Source: Octopus bimaculoides
Lineage: Eukaryota
Length of the DNA: 48,664 nucleotides
NCBI RefSeq assembly: GCF_001194135.2
Contig: NC_068991.1
Coordinates: 27,667,586-27,716,249, forward strand
Reading direction: 5' to 3'
The notes below the pieces were generated by a model that was given only the letters and a program-made list of their open reading frames with translations, had not been told where the DNA came from and ran no database searches. The first letter of the stretch is position 1. Every line of letters starts with the position of its first letter. This document shows, piece by piece, positions 47,150-48,664 of the stretch. The position numbers and the translations under genes were made by a program.

Positions 47150-47520
47150 CTTTTTAGCATTTATAAAGAGTTGACATTGACTTTTGTTCCTTATTCAGTT
47201 TAATATTGTGCCTTTACTGGAGTGTGTAGCTTTTTGGGATTCCTTCATACTTTCCTACTGTTTCTAATAGTGCATCTTCTTTTAACGGTCTCTAAGTAAT
47301 CCGTCTGCTTTTTTCCTAGTCTCTCTGCCTGCGTTTTACTTTGGCATGGTATATGAGAGATCAATTAACTTCAGTTTTGTTCTACCATTTGTGTGGGTTT
47401 CTCTGTGTTTGCCAATATATTATATAGACGTTTTAACATTCCTCTCACGAAATTATGTTACTGCCAAACTGTCGATCACAAGCATCTTACCTGCTTGTTT
47501 TGCTGTTTTGCTGTTTCCTG
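47150..47520 (-). pseudogene. Possible decayed LINE endonuclease remnant
   Basis: YIGKHRETHTNGR, KQTDY and HTPVKA segments, in APE motif order. Weak. Confidence 0.3.
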
Positions 47521-47697
47521 TTGTTTTTAGTTGCTTAGTTTCTTTTTTGGTTTATTTTTATTCTATGTAATGATTCTGAACTATCGGATGCGTTCATTGT
47601 AATTCATCATATTTCATTCCAATATTGTATTTTATTGTATTTTGTTTGTAGACACACACACACACACACACGCACACATACATACAGACATATATAC

Positions 47698-47772
<75 letters not shown>

Positions 47773-48344
47773 TATGTGCGTGTATCTTTTCAATGAGTCA
47801 GATATGTATTTGATTTCTCTTCCCTTCTCTCTCTCCTTCTCTCTTTCCCTTACTCTCTCTCTCTCTCTCTCACGCACACAAACACACACACACACACTTT
47901 TTTCCACTCTTGTCTGATCTTGTCTGATTGATTCATTTCGTTTTCGCTCCTTATATATATTTATCAGCATGATTTATTATTGCAAAGTGGTTTGGGAGCA
48001 TTGGAAAATATCCAACATCTATGGCAACGTCCATAGAAACCCGAGGTACGTGGCCGTTTGCTCTTCAAGAAATAGAAGCAAATCTCTGTCAAGTCACACA
48101 TTATCATCCACAAAAAAATTGAATACACATACATTAGACAATGTAGTCCCTGGTATATAAATAAAACATCGAGCTGGTTGTCCCTGGAAAGTCTATTGTT
48201 ATAGCTCTGCTCCATCAAGACTGACTTGCTACTGGACAATAACAACAAATTAACGTGCGAAGTGGCTGAGTATTCCACGGACACGTGTACCGCTAATGTA
48301 ATTCTTTGGTGCAGTCAGTAATTGTAACAAAGCCGGACGTTTAA

Positions 48345-48515
48345 ATTACTGGTATAAACAATTCCACACATTTCCATACAGTTTTAGTCCACCAAAACCT
48401 ATTCGCAAGGTTTGGTTCAACCCAGTCTTGTCCAAAATTCTACACAGCAGGATCGAGCCTGGAATTTTATAGTTGCAAAGCGAACATCTTAATGACTCAA
48501 CTAAACATGCATCTT
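48345..48515 (-). mobile_element. Old family B SINE 5' half
   Basis: CAGTTTTAGTCCACCAAAACC..CAAGGTTTGGTTCAACCC..TCTTGTCCAA..GCAGGATCGAGCC resembles the reverse complement of the family B head and core. Confidence 0.5.
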
Positions 48516-48664
48516 AAGTTCGATATATAATTTAATTAAACAATGAGCAACATAATCACATAGGAACACACTCATGCACACGCACACACAAACACACACA
48601 CATACACACACACTCCATATACAGATAAATGAACAGTCAGTTGCATGTACGCGAATATATATAT

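Overview
AT-rich, microsatellite-dense eukaryotic DNA with ten N gaps. The SINE families and compound (ATT)/(TG)/(TATG) repeats look like an octopus genome, which is an inference from pattern recognition, not a search. No intact host gene or full-length transposon ORF is visible, and almost all ORF-track entries are microsatellite or gap artefacts. The window is a transposon graveyard. It holds a spliced Helitron Rep/helicase pseudogene with 23-aa STPR-like repeats (1-1474, minus) and a stack of Dong/R4-type (RLE) retrotransposon pieces sitting in (AAT)n arrays. One Dong-like piece is fused to a Tx1/L1-clade LINE that ends in (ATC/ATT)n. There are also two mariner relics, three Penelope-like (PLE) fragments, at least three tRNA-derived SINE families and a 147-bp-arm foldback element. 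The most notable signals are two type I hammerhead-ribozyme motifs on the minus strand (31769-31844 and 46423-46488, the second with a 6-nt duplication of its catalytic core), a 3' tail shared between the Tx1 LINE and a SINE, and a phase-compatible pair of candidate host exons (33871-33915 and 33288-33372, minus).
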